Shown here: one piece after another, positions 47,698-59,163 of the stretch
Numbering within the stretch: the stretch's first letter is position 1
Layout of the letters: every line of letters begins with the position of its first letter
Assembly (NCBI GenBank): GCA_043228905.1
Contig: JBHGNT010000015.1
Coordinates: 1,860,001-1,924,000 of the forward strand
Length of the DNA: 64,000 bases
Direction of reading: 5' to 3'
Source of the DNA: Azolla caroliniana
Lineage: Eukaryota > Plantae > Polypodiophyta
Notes under the pieces: model-generated
Databases searched by the model: none
What the model was told of the DNA's origin: nothing
Seen by the model: only the letters and a program-made list of their open reading frames with translations
Program-made: the position numbers and the translations under genes

Positions 47698-50147
47698 TCG
47701 GAAGATATGATTGCACCCTTATTGTTAAGATTAAGAAATAAATTAGTATATTGGAAGAAAGAAAAATTATCTTTAGCAAGACGTGTAGTTGTAGCTAATG
47801 TGGTGTTGTTGTCCTCGATTTGGTATATAGCATCTACATGGTTGTTTTCTAGGTCAATAATGTTGAAAGTTCAACGTTTAGTATGGAATTTTATTTGGGG
47901 GAACAATAGGTCAGTCAATCCTGTAGCAAAGGTAGCTTGGTCTATTCTGATACAACCTAAACAAAAAGGTGGTTTAAGTTTGATTGATCCATTTATGCAA
48001 AGCAAAGCTTTACTTACTAAACATGTTGTTAGGAGTTTATTGCCAGGACAGGAGTTATGGAAAAAGCTATGGATGCAACATCTATATAAGGTCAAGCCTT
48101 CGGTAGGTGGTCAATGGAAGGATAGTCTTAGATGGTTCTTCAATGCAGATTTCCAGCTACCTAAGTCCAATGATGGATCATTGCGTTTCTTCAATGGAAT
48201 TTTTCGGGCATGGGAAACTCTTCGGCAAAGCTTGTTTTCTTGCCACCAAAAAGCTATCATCAATTTATGCGTCAACCATTGATATGGAATCCTTTATTTA
48301 CTGATGAAGCTGCATGTGTTTTGGGTTTACGCCCTAGGTTATCATGGGCTGCAATGGATAGTGGACCAGCTCGTACGGTTGCGGATTGGATAAGGTTTAT
48401 GCAGTCCTCTACGCTGGAGCAAAGTAATAGGTTATCTAACTTAACAGGGGCTAAGATCATGTTATCACAATTGTCCAAGGTGTATCAGGTCACAATGCCT
48501 ACATTGCAATTCGATCATTTTCAGAGTTGGTACGGTATGTTCTCGACACTCAATATACTTATAGGAGCTCGGTTATATGATCAAAATGGTAGCATTTATT
48601 TTTATGAAGTGTTGGACAATGGTAGGTTGATACTAGTGGATGAGGAGTCTCAAATCATGTTGGCTGCAAAGCAATTGCCAGTGCGAGTAATTGCTAGATT
48701 AGATAAAAATATATATATCGATCCTAGTCCACTAATAGTTAATTTTTCATCTCATATTTCGGTGTTAGACTCTAAACCTATTCATGACCTGCAGTGGGAT
48801 CCATCGGATTATGGTTGGAAATTATCCATATCTGACTCTTCGACTAAGCTCCTTCCTTTTTTCAAATATTCAGTAGCGTTTTGCAGGAATTTTATGTTGA
48901 GGCAGACTGAGCCAATACTTGCTGGAAAAAAGTATTGGGAGGAAGGTAATGTTTCATCTACTCATATGGTTATGTTTTGGAAACTGTTTTGGTCTATTAA
49001 ATGCATGAATAAGATATTGCATTTTCGGTGGTTGATGATTCATTATGCATTGCCAATAGGTCATTTATTGAGTGGATCTGCGAGTAATCGGTCATGTATT
49101 TGCATCATGCATTTTGGGAATGTGTTTCCGCAAAAAGTTTTTGGTGTCAAATTCTTAGGCTTCTAGGTCGTAAGTATAGGTCTGCTATTTTTACGTGGGG
49201 TGCAGTCTTTTGGGGAATGTTGGATCAACAAAGGGCTTTTTATCATTATAATTGTTGTACGTTTTAGGGTTAGGGTTAGGGTTAAGGATGATGATGGTTA
49301 ACGATTATGAAGATAGACATGGTGAAATAGTAAAGATGATGAAGAGTATGATGGTGAGAGAGATTGACATGAAGATGTTGAGAATTATTGAGAAGCATTG
49401 TGGGGTGGGGGGTGGTGCCTAGAATGGCTCCACCCCCCTCCCAAGGGGGTTCAACGTTAAAGGGGAGAGAGAGAGGGAGAAAGAGATGACAAGAGAGAGA
49501 GATTAAGAGAGAAATGGTTATTCATTTATTCATTCCCCATAAGGGGTTAAATAGGTGCAAACGGGTAGATACACAAGGGTGCAAGCCCCTTGGTCATTCA
49601 CACCTAGTCACTCACTCACACCTCTTTGTATCCACCACACTCACACTTACATTCACACTCATAATCGTATAAGATTACACATACATTACATCTTTCACCC
49701 TCACTTATCAATCACCCGTACATCTCGTACAGTAACAATAATCATTCTTCATTGTCTTTATATGTAAGAAGTTTTCAGGTATATTCTACTTCAAGATCCT
49801 TGCAGGGAGTCAAGTTCTTCTCGCGGAGTTATGTTTGGCATATTGTCTCCTCATTGTCTCTATGGGTTCTTTGGAAAGCTAGGTGCTCCAAGTTATACAA
49901 TGATGAAGACATTCACGTTGTGGATCAGGTAAAGTCTTTTTGGAATTTATTAGTACATTCGGTTAAAGGTGAGTATGACAGGTATAAAGGCTATGGAAAC
50001 ACAGCCATTCGAAAAAGAAAGAGATTACAACGAGTTTGGTCAGCTATTCCTATAATGTTAGATGCAGGCACGGAGGTTAGGTGGAATTATGTGCCACCTC
50101 GTTGGTTGTTCCCGCCACCAGTACCATTCTTATGGCGAACAACATGA
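47698..50147 (+). pseudogene. LINE-2 ORF2 C-terminal half (post-RT region, zf-RVT), frameshifted
   Basis: KLSLARRVVVANVVLLSSIWY, QPKQKGGLSLIDP, RQPLIWNP, LWVLWKARC and WNYVPPRWLFP are homologous to LINE-1 ORF2 in this window. Confidence 0.85.
49253..49737. mobile_element. Solo LTR G (485 bp)
   Basis: TGTTGTACG...CGTACAGTAACA flanked by TSD ATAAT; interrupts LINE-2 ORF2; begins with TTAGGG repeats. Confidence 0.82.
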
Positions 50148-50811
50148 GATAACAGGGAGGAGACGGTGGCGGCATGTAGGAAGCTTATTTTAATGTAGGT
50201 AAGATATACATATGCTAGAAGAAGATATGAGGAAATGGGATGATGTTCTGGATGCTGAATCAGACAGCATAAGAAGATTTTAGTAGTATGAGGCAGATTT
50301 CGTGTGATAATCAGAGACATCAACATGGTGGATGTGGACAGGTTGAAATAGGTTTAAGTTGTTTTGTGATTAGGATGACTGATGTTGGTGGGGGTTGTCG
50401 AAGATTACTGTCAAGATTCGAACTCTTGACACGACCATGTTATAATCTACTATTATGAGTTAACCAAGATATCTAGTACTAGTTATGTATGTAATTGGTC
50501 CTTATTATTTTGCTAGCATCATGTGCATAGTTGCTCCCTTGTAGTATTTACACTTGGCACATGCATGCATACCTACATGCTCTATTGTAGATTCACATGC
50601 GTGCAACAAGTATGCATGCCATGTAGTATAAACAGAGGAGTTCACCTTGAAGGAATTCAAGGTGAACAACACCAGTTATGGAGTCTTTCCTTTAGTACTA
50701 TCTTCTTTCTTGTCCATTTGGTTATCTTCTTGGTTGTCTCTTGAGTTTATGATCCGTGACAGTTTGTTCACCTTCCCATCCTCATAACTCTCCCTCTCAT
50801 AAGCCATAGCT

Positions 50812-51828
50812 ATGTCCGACTCAACTAGTGAGTTAGGCCAAATAATGGTAGCCTTACGACAACTACAGCTTGAAAATGAAGCTCTTCGAAATTCTTTACA
50901 AGAACTTCAAGTCGGTACCTCCCTATCCTCACAACCCCCGAACCCTAGTCTCCCACAACAACCTAGCCTAGAGCCCGATCTTCTACCAACATCTAGCCTA
51001 GCTTCGTCACAGTTTCTTGAGCCTAAGGTTAGCCTCCCAGAAAAATTTGATGGAACGAGGTCGCGTTTCCGAGGGTTCATCAACCAAGTTCGACTTATCA
51101 TTCGGCTACAACCTCAACGTTATGGAGATGGTCTTCGACAAGTCGGCCTTGTGGGCACCCTTCTCTCCGGTCCGGCCCAAGCTTGGTTTGCACCATTGGT
51201 AGAAACCTCATCACCTTTATTGGAGGACTTTCCCGCCTTCCTCGCCGAGTTAGAGGCCACATTTGGAGAGACAGAACGACGACGTACAGCTCTTAACAAG
51301 ATTTATGCACTCGAACAAGGTTCACGTGCAGCTTCGGTCTATGCTTCCGAATTTCGACAACTAGCATGCGACGTCAATTGGGATGATCAAGGTTTAGCTA
51401 ATCACTTTCGGCACGGTCTTCGAAGCAATGTCAAGAATCTTCTCTTAAACTTTCCGGAGCCCACCTCGTTATCCCAAGCGATTTCACAAGCAGTCCATTG
51501 TGACAATCGTCTTTTCGAATTTCGCCAAGAAGAGCACCGGACTTGGGTTCCACCTCATTCACTTCCACGCCACGCCCCAGTCATACAACCCCAAGCATCC
51601 TCACACTTGCCTACTTCGGCAGATGCTCCTGTCCCCATGGAAATTGATCAAGCCCGATTTCGGCCATTGACTGATGCTGAACGACAATTTCGGCGGGCTA
51701 ATGGCTTGTGCATGTATTGTGGCACCTCCGGTCATGTCGTTCGCCATTGTCCTAGGAGTACTCGCCCACAATTCCATCGAGCTAACGGACCCCAACATCC
51801 GGAAAACGACATCATTCGGTTGCAGTAG
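50812..51828 (+). CDS. Chromovirus H Gag (Ty3/PEG10-like capsid + CCHC)
   Basis: 338-aa ORF with EPKVSLPEKFDG, LEQGSRAASVYASEF, PVPMEID and CMYCGTSGHVVRHC. Confidence 0.9.
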   Translation: MSDSTSELGQIMVALRQLQLENEALRNSLQELQVGTSLSSQPPNPSLPQQPSLEPDLLPTSSLASSQFLEPKVSLPEKFDGTRSRFRGFINQVRLIIRLQPQRYGDGLRQVGLVGTLLSGPAQAWFAPLVETSSPLLEDFPAFLAELEATFGETERRRTALNKIYALEQGSRAASVYASEFRQLACDVNWDDQGLANHFRHGLRSNVKNLLLNFPEPTSLSQAISQAVHCDNRLFEFRQEEHRTWVPPHSLPRHAPVIQPQASSHLPTSADAPVPMEIDQARFRPLTDAERQFRRANGLCMYCGTSGHVVRHCPRSTRPQFHRANGPQHPENDIIRLQ

Positions 51829-54800
51829 GAGCCATGCAACTGGACATCTCCCGTCGCCCACATTCTCTTGGTTCCATTGCCGGACCATCAGGCAATTTCA
51901 CATTGGAGGTATGGCTTTCGTTTAACTCTAGTTCCATTCAGTCTGTTGCTTTACTTGATTCTGGGGCATCTTCTTGCTTCATCGACGTCGCGTTTGCCCA
52001 AGCACATGGTGTACCTGTCGTTGGCCTCTCAAAACCCATTCCAGTTGAAGCCATCGACGGGTGCGTCCTCTCGTCAGGTGCAATTACTCAAGCTACAATC
52101 CCATTAGGGCTTCGGGTGGGCTCACACCAAGAGGAGCTCACCTTTTACCTCATCGCATCTCCTTGACATCCGATCGTCTTAGGACTAACGTGGTTGGAGG
52201 CGCACAATCCAATAGTGGATTGGTGCAACCGCTCGATCACATTTAGCAAGCCAAGATGCTCGTGCAAAAGTATGAAGGTAAATTCAGTTTCCTATCCTTC
52301 GGAGACGGTCGACTCCGAATTGACTACCCCATCATCCGTCCAGGATGGGTTTGTTTGTGGCGCCATTTCTAACACACTCCATGTTATTCCCGAAAAATAC
52401 CAACACTTCTCCGACGTATTTGAAAAATGTAATGTTGATCGGTTGCCTGAACACCGGCTCTACGACTGTCCGATTGATCTTCAAGAAGGTGCGTGTCCAC
52501 CCTTTGGTCCTCTATATGCATTGTCTGCACCAGAGTTGAAGGCCCTTCGTGTGTATCTCGATGAGAACCTCGAGAAAGGCTTTATTCAACCTTCTAAGTC
52601 ACCAGCCGGGGCCCCCATTTTATTTGTGAAGAAGAAGGACGGCTCTCTACGCTTATGCGTCGACTACCGAGGTCTCAACAAACTCACTGTGCGCAACCGC
52701 AATCCGCTACCTCTGATCCCCGAACTCCTTGATCGGCTCCGAGTTGCGCGTGTCTTCTCCAAAGTTGATCTGCGTGGCGCGTACAATCTAGTACGCATCA
52801 AGCCAGGGGATGAATGGAAAACCGCATTTCGAACACGGTATGGGCATTTCGAATACAAGGTAATGCCTTTTGGTCTTACTAACGCTCCCGCAGTTTTTCA
52901 ACATATGATGAACGATATTTTCCGGGAATATCTTGATCTTTTTGTTGTCATTTACCTCGATGATATTCTCATTTTCTCGCCAAACATGGAGGAGCACACT
53001 CGCCAAGTCCGATTAGTTCTTGCCAAACTTCGCGAGCATGGCCTTTATGCTAAAGGCGAGAAATGCGAGTTCGACCGTACCTCGATCGAATTTCTGGGCT
53101 ACATCATCTCGCCCACTGGCATCACCATGGATATGAAGAAGGTCTCTATCATTCAGGCGTGGGCGACTCCAAGGTGACTTAAAGATGTGCAATCCTTCCT
53201 CGGCTTCGCGAATTTTTACCGTCGCTTCGTCAAGGGGTTTTCCACCCTAGCACAACCTCTTATCGCTCTCACCCATAAAGGCACTCCATTTTTATGGACC
53301 TCGGAGGCACAAAATGAGTTCGACTCACTCAAAGACGCATTCATCACTGCCCCGGTGCTGCTACATGCCGACCCCACAAAACCCTTCCAAGTCGAAACCG
53401 ATGCCTCTGACTTTGCCATTGGTGCCATCTTATCCCAAGCAGACGACAACAACCTAATGCACCCAGTGGCTTACTATTCCCGAAAATTTACGGCATCCGA
53501 AATCAATTATCCCATTTACGACAAGGAGCTTGCTGCTATCATTGCTGCCTTTGAAGAATGGCGACCCTACTTGGCCGGCGCACAACATCGTGTCCAGGTA
53601 GTGACTGATCATAAAAATTTAGTTTATTTTTCCACCACTCGTACTTTGAATCGAAGGCAGGCCTGTTGGTCTACATTTCTCGCCGACTATGATTTTGAGA
53701 TCGTATTTCGACCTGGTGGCCAACATGGGAAGGTTGATGCCCTTTCTCGCCGAGCTAACCTTGCACTCCGCCCTGGGGATGCTGCTTATGCTCAACAATC
53801 TAGACGTTTGTTGAAACCCGACCAATTGCATCTGTTTGCCACTTGTATGTTGCAGGATGATTCTTTACTCCAACAAATCACTGATGCATCCAAGACCGAT
53901 GCGTTCGCCAACGAGATTCGAGATAGTCTGCAAAACCCCTCCAAGGAGACCAAAAGGAAGGATCTTGACACCTTCACCATACAAGAGGGTTTGTTGTTCC
54001 GAGATCATCTCTTATACGTCCCAGAGGGCCCATGTTGCACCCGAGTGTTACGGGAATGCCACGATGACCCACTTGCAGGTCATTTCGGGGTCGCGAAAAC
54101 CCTCGAGCTAATCTCTCGGGGGTATTGGTGGCCACAACCATGGAAGCTGGTCAAAGAATACATAAAGAGTTGTGAGGTTTGTGCTCGCTCCAAAGCCATT
54201 CATCATCGGCCATACGGCTTACTACAACCGCTTCCATGTCCTCGTCGTCCTTGGGCCTCTATCTCTATGGACCTGATAACTGATCTACCCTTGGTCAATA
54301 GCTGTGACTCGGTGTTGGTCGTTGTCGATCGGTTTACGAAGATGGCTCACTTCACTCCATGCTCCAAAACCATTTCCGGAGAAGGAATGGTGCATCTCCT
54401 ACTCAACAATGTAGTACGCTTGCATGGACTCCCCGATGATGTCATCTCGGATCGCGGACCCCAGTTTGTCTCTCACTTCTGGCAGCGCCTGCTACAAACT
54501 TTAGGCATCTCTGTCAAGTTGTCCTCCGCTTATCACCCCCAAACTGACGGGCAAACGGAGCGTGTCAACCAAATCCTTGAGCAGTATCTTCGGTGCTCGG
54601 TTAGTTACCAACAAGATGATTGGGTCAACTTACTTTCGCTCGTGGAATTCGCCTACAATAATTCTCTCCATGCATCGATTGGCGTCACTCCCTTCTTTGC
54701 CAACTACGGTTTACATCCTCGCTTCAACATTTCCCTTCCTACCACTTCCGTGAACCCTTCGGCGGAGGATCGTGCCCGCATTTTGGAAGAAGTACATCAT

Positions 54801-55382
54801 GATTTATCCTTGGAGCTTAGTCTTGCTAGTGAACGATACAAGAAGCAGGCTGATCGCCATCGATCTTCCACTCCACACTTTGTCGTTGGAGACATGGTCT
54901 GGTTGTTACGTCGACACATCTCTACTACTCGTCCATGTGCGAAACTTGATTACAAGAAGTTGGGACCATTCCGTATCATTGAGTGCATCAATCCCGTCGC
55001 CTTCCGGCTCGCCCTTCCATCCCACTTCCGGATTCACGATGTTTTTCATGTCTCCCTCCTCGAACCCCATTATGCTTCACAACTCCCAGGACGTCAAGCC
55101 CCACCACCACCACCTGTGCAATTGACGACAGGGGAGGAATACGAGGTCGACCAAATCCTTGACTCGCGTTGGCACCGCCGACACTTGCAATACCTCGTCC
55201 TATGGAGGGGTTACCCCATGTCTGAGGCCACATGGGAACCATCGGCAAATTTACAAAATGCCCCAGAGGTCGTCCAAGATTTTCATCACCGATATCCCCA
55301 CAAACCAGCGGCCGATTTGGGAAGGCGGCGTAAGAGGGGGGATAATGTCAAGATTCGAACTCTTGACACGACCATGTTATAA
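51801..55382 (+). pseudogene. Chromovirus H Pol (protease, RT, RNase H, integrase, chromodomain) in the -1 frame; two premature TGA (52164, 53175)
   Basis: ALLDSGAS, LRLCVDYRGLN, YLDD, ETDASD, YHPQTDGQTE, GPF, and chromodomain EEYEVDQILDSR...YLVLWRGY..SEATWEP. Confidence 0.92.
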
Positions 55383-55703
55383 TCTACTATTATGAGTTAA
55401 CCAAGATATCTAGTACTAGTTATGTATGTAATTGGTCCTTATTATTTTGCTAGCATCATGTGCATAGTTGCTCCCTTGTAGTATTTACACTTGGCACATG
55501 CATGCATACCTACATGCTCTATTGTAGATTCACATGCGTGCAACAAGTATGCATGCCATGTAGTATAAATAGAGGAGTTCACCTTGAAGGAATTCAAGGT
55601 GAACAACACTAGTTATGGAGTCTTTCCTTTAGTACTATCTTCTTTCTTGTCCATTTGGTTATCTTCTTGGTTGTCTCTTGAGTTTATGATCCGTGACAAT
55701 TAC

Positions 55704-56720
55704 TAGGAGAAGGTGAGGATTTCTGTTTGTTTTCTACTCGTTTATTGGTTGTTAGTGTAATAGGATTGTCGAATCGGAGATAGCGAGATGGTAGATGGGG
55801 ACATGACGAAGCCGTTTTTCTGTTTTTTGTGGTTAGGATGAGTGATGTTGGAGTGGGGGCTGAAGCAGATTATTATGAGAAGGCGAGGAATGGTTTTCGC
55901 TCATTTTTTGTTGTGATTACAGGGCCGCGTTAATCGGTGAGATGGAATAGGGGAAGCAAAATACCCCAGATATGGGCTAACTTAAGACAAATATTATGGT
56001 TCTCATAGGTTGCGGGATGATGGCAGTGGGATTTGAAGCAACTTTGTCATGGTGTGAGGATGAGTGGTGTTGGTGCGAGGGCTGAAGCAGATCAGGAGGG
56101 GAGAGGAATCATTGTTCACTTATTTTGTTGTTAATTGCACAGGATATTGGCGGTACTCGGCGAGATGGTGGATGTGGATTGATTGAAGCAATTTGTTTGT
56201 TTTTAGGAGTGATGATGGTGGGGGGGACAGAAGCAAATCATGAGGGGATCATGAACCATTATTCACTTGTTTTTGTTGTTATTTGTATAGGTCAGAGGTG
56301 GTATTCGGCGAGATGGTGGATGTGGTTTGATTGAAGCAATTTCACTGTTTTTAGGAGTGACGATGGTGTGGGGGAACGAAGCAAATCATGAGGGGATGAG
56401 GAACATTTTCTCATTTTTGTTGATTCATTGCACAGGACATTGGTGGTATTCGGCGAGATGGTGGATGTGGACTAAAGGAAGCAATGTGTCTGTTTTAGGA
56501 GTGATGATGGTGGGGGGGATCGAAGCAGCTCATGAGGGGATGAGGAATTTTTTTACTTATTTTGTTGTTAATTCCACAGGACATTGGTGGCATTCAGCGA
56601 GATGGTGGAGGTGGATTGAATGAAGCAATTTGGTTGTTTTTACGAGTGATGATGGTGAGGGGGCCGAAGCACATAATGAAGGGAGAGTGAATAAGTTGTG
56701 GGGATCGAAGCAAATGGGGT
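55704..56720. repeat. ~147-bp degenerate tandem repeat array (begins near 50310, split by H)
   Basis: The core CGGCGAGATGGTGGATGTGG recurs near 55782, 55936, 56158, 56306, 56450 and 56594, with a related copy near 50323. Confidence 0.75.
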
Positions 56721-56765
56721 GAGAGGTGGAGATTAGTATAGTACATTTCATTTTCATGGTCTGTT

Positions 56766-57046
56766 TTTTTCTCCCCAACAGTTTTTACAAATGCTGGAAT
56801 CAGTTCAGATATGTTTGCAACTGTTTCTGTTGGGATGGTGAATCTTCTTACAGCTCCACACCTTACACATATGATTGGAAAGACGGAGGACATGGAATAT
56901 CATGTGAAATATAAGTTTTCTATGGAGTTCTGTTCTAAGAGCCCGAAATTTTGTTTTCTACAGCAGATCACTGGAATCAATGTTGTGTTTTATGGCTGTT
57001 TTTTTCCCCAACAGTTTTTACAAATGCTAGAATCAGTTCAGATATA
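56766..57046 (+). pseudogene. Captured fragments of an MFS sugar-porter (plastidic glucose transporter-like) gene, partly duplicated
   Basis: LQQITGINVVFY (56958-56993) is the sugar-porter TM7 QQxxGIN motif. FFSPTVFTNAGISSDMFATVSVGMVNLL (56766-56849) matches the TM7-TM8 region. A second SPTVFTNARISSD copy lies at ~57005. Confidence 0.65.
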
Positions 57047-59163
57047 CTGGTGGAGATGAAACAATATTATGTACTATTTGTATACTGCCTTCGGGATTTT
57101 TATTAATACCAATAGAGCATATGTTTTATGGTAAAAAAGCAGGCCATGGAGGACAAATCCAAGATGGGGCTCAACCGGATCCACGACATTGTGCTAGCAT
57201 GGAAAGCAATGGCAAAGAGAATGATTGATGAAAGCTCAGTGCAATGGTGGTTAAAATGGGCACAATAGGTGGCGGAATTACAGACTCTACGAGCAGATGC
57301 TGAGAACCAGTGAAAGGACAATGACAACTTCTATAAGATGGATGCGGAGAGTATTATAACCACCTGGGAAGAGTTGTCGGACGATTTTTTGTCCCTGGCA
57401 AGAGAACAACTGGCGGCTGTAAGTTGGCTGGTAGAACAGTTAGATGATGACTAGCTCAGAACTCAACTCCAATTCGAGCGATTCAAACGGGAGCGTAGAC
57501 GGCAGGAGGCATCACGAAGGACAGTGGTAATCAACTTAAGTGATGGAGAACAATCTCTGGAGTAGCCACTGAATGCAGCCGGATGAAGCCAGAATGGATC
57601 AACCGGGAGAGACCGTACCGGAACAGCCAGCACAAATTGAACAAGAGCAGCCGGAAGTGGAAAGAGTGAAGGTGAGAGCAGATGAAGCCGGAGAAGACGC
57701 AACTACCGGAGCAAGAAGGCAACAACCAGAGCAGCAAGAGCCAGAGTAGCCAAAACAACAAGAACCGGAGTAGCCACAACAGCAACATAAGCAGCCAGAG
57801 CAAGAGCGGCAAAGCAAGGAACCCCTCGAACCTCTTGACCAATGCATTTTGGACATACTTGATGAAGAATAGTGGAGCTAACCCATGGGTTCAACGTACA
57901 ATGTATTGTCCCACGTGTGTGCCATGTGTTGGCCAGTGGTGGCCAAGTATGGAAGGAGGAAGAGGCGAGGTGGTTCCTAGAAATATAATTAAATAACTAA
58001 GAATTATGTTAGGAACGGACGGATTCGGAAGAGGTATGCCGATTCGGATCCGGACCGATTCATAGCCTGTTGCCGGTTAGTTACCGTTTTGTAGCACAGA
58101 CCGGATGTTTATAAAAGGATCCGGATATCATTGTATGAAGGAAGGAACATTAATACAAGAGCATGTTATTATTGTCTATTTGATCTTTATTCCGTCCTCT
58201 GTTTAATGCATTGATCTTACTCGTGTAACACACTGTGTGTTCTGAATCAGATCTCCACCGAACGTTAACCAATTGAAACCTATCGAAATCGGAAATCCTT
58301 ATCGCAACCACCCCTTTGGTGAAGTGATCCGGATGGACACCTTGTGTTAGTGGCTAGTTCGACCCAGGAATAACATTTGCCATTTCAGAGAGCGCCATGG
58401 GTGCAAGGTCGTTGTCGCTTTCGCTTGTGTTAGGGAGCTTTGGTGTGCTGGTGCTTCCTGTTTGTGCGCGTTTGATAACCTATATCCGCTTCTGCTCTCT
58501 GTACACTCTGTTCTCGCGAAATGATAACGCTTTTGCGATGTGGATGTTTTGTGACCCCATTTTACCGCTTTTTCTTGATTCCCGCGCATGCACGTCGTGT
58601 ACCATAATAGGGGTTGTACGCTACATGGTGCGCTTTAAATGGTTGACGTCACCCCGTTTCAAGGTGTCCATTCATCATTATATATATATATATTTATTTA
58701 TTTATTTATTTATTTATTTTAGTACGGAGAAGTGTTATCATATTCACGTAGTAACCGGCAATGCCAGATCCAGTTTAAGCGCCTCCTGGTTACCGTATAT
58801 CTGGTTACCGCTCCCGGTTTCCACTCCGTCATCCGGTTGCTTGAACGGATTTTCGTGGCATCGGTCCATGATAAGGTTTCAGTCGGAAACCGTTTACCCA
58901 CTTCTCTAGGATTTCACCAGCCAACGTTCGTAATTGATAGGACCCCTTGAATTCTCGCGTTATCCATTATGGTCCGGTCCACTAACACTGTAGTTTTCTC
59001 GTCATCTTGCCCATCTGGGTCTGGAATACCAGTACCGCCTTGCCGATCCCGAACAACTTTTCATTCCCCTTCCGGTGCCGGTCGACGAATGCTTTCCGCC
59101 GTCTTTGTTCGAGCTCCAACTAGAGTACAGAAACTATCCGGTGCTCCTCCAATTCGCACAATG

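Larger units (their letters stand above)
50409..55698 (+). mobile_element. Ty3/Gypsy chromovirus H (Tcn1-like)
   Basis: 353-bp LTRs at 50409-50761 and 55346-55698 (two differences seen); TSD ATTAC; PPT AAGAGGGGGGA; gag + pol with chromodomain; no tRNA PBS. Confidence 0.93.
47698..57134 (+). mobile_element. 5'-truncated L1-clade LINE (LINE-2) with a long 3' tail, hosting G and H
   Basis: A2 sequence breaks after AAGTTAAAG (47697) and resumes at AAAAGCAGG (~57135). ORF2 3' remnants are present. Ends in a short A run; no clear TSD. Confidence 0.75.
36256..57872 (+). pseudogene. A2 extra ORF (segments 36256-36742, 46151-47697, ~57135-57872; about 2.8 kb)
   Basis: Runs MALFETAKKWLT...KFFGEYSLASKAYRTQG...GVRVD(W)PVIIADSLR..., then a coiled coil, ending EPLDQCILDILDEE*. 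Multiple stops and frameshifts. Confidence 0.75.
35491..58375 (+). mobile_element. A2: non-autonomous copy of the A family lacking gag-pol, inserted inverted into A1
   Basis: LTRs 35491-35935 and 57927-58375; PBS-like CAGTTTTGGGGACCAC at 35936; TSD TTTGT/TTTGC. The flanks rejoin to the sequence seen intact in A2 at 36256-36300. Confidence 0.88.

Noticed and set aside
47698-57134. Helitron as the carrier of the LINE/repeat/gene-fragment block (starts with TC)
   Set aside because: No 3' hairpin-CTRR end and not inserted between A and T; the 5' end lies within LINE ORF2, as expected for 5' truncation.
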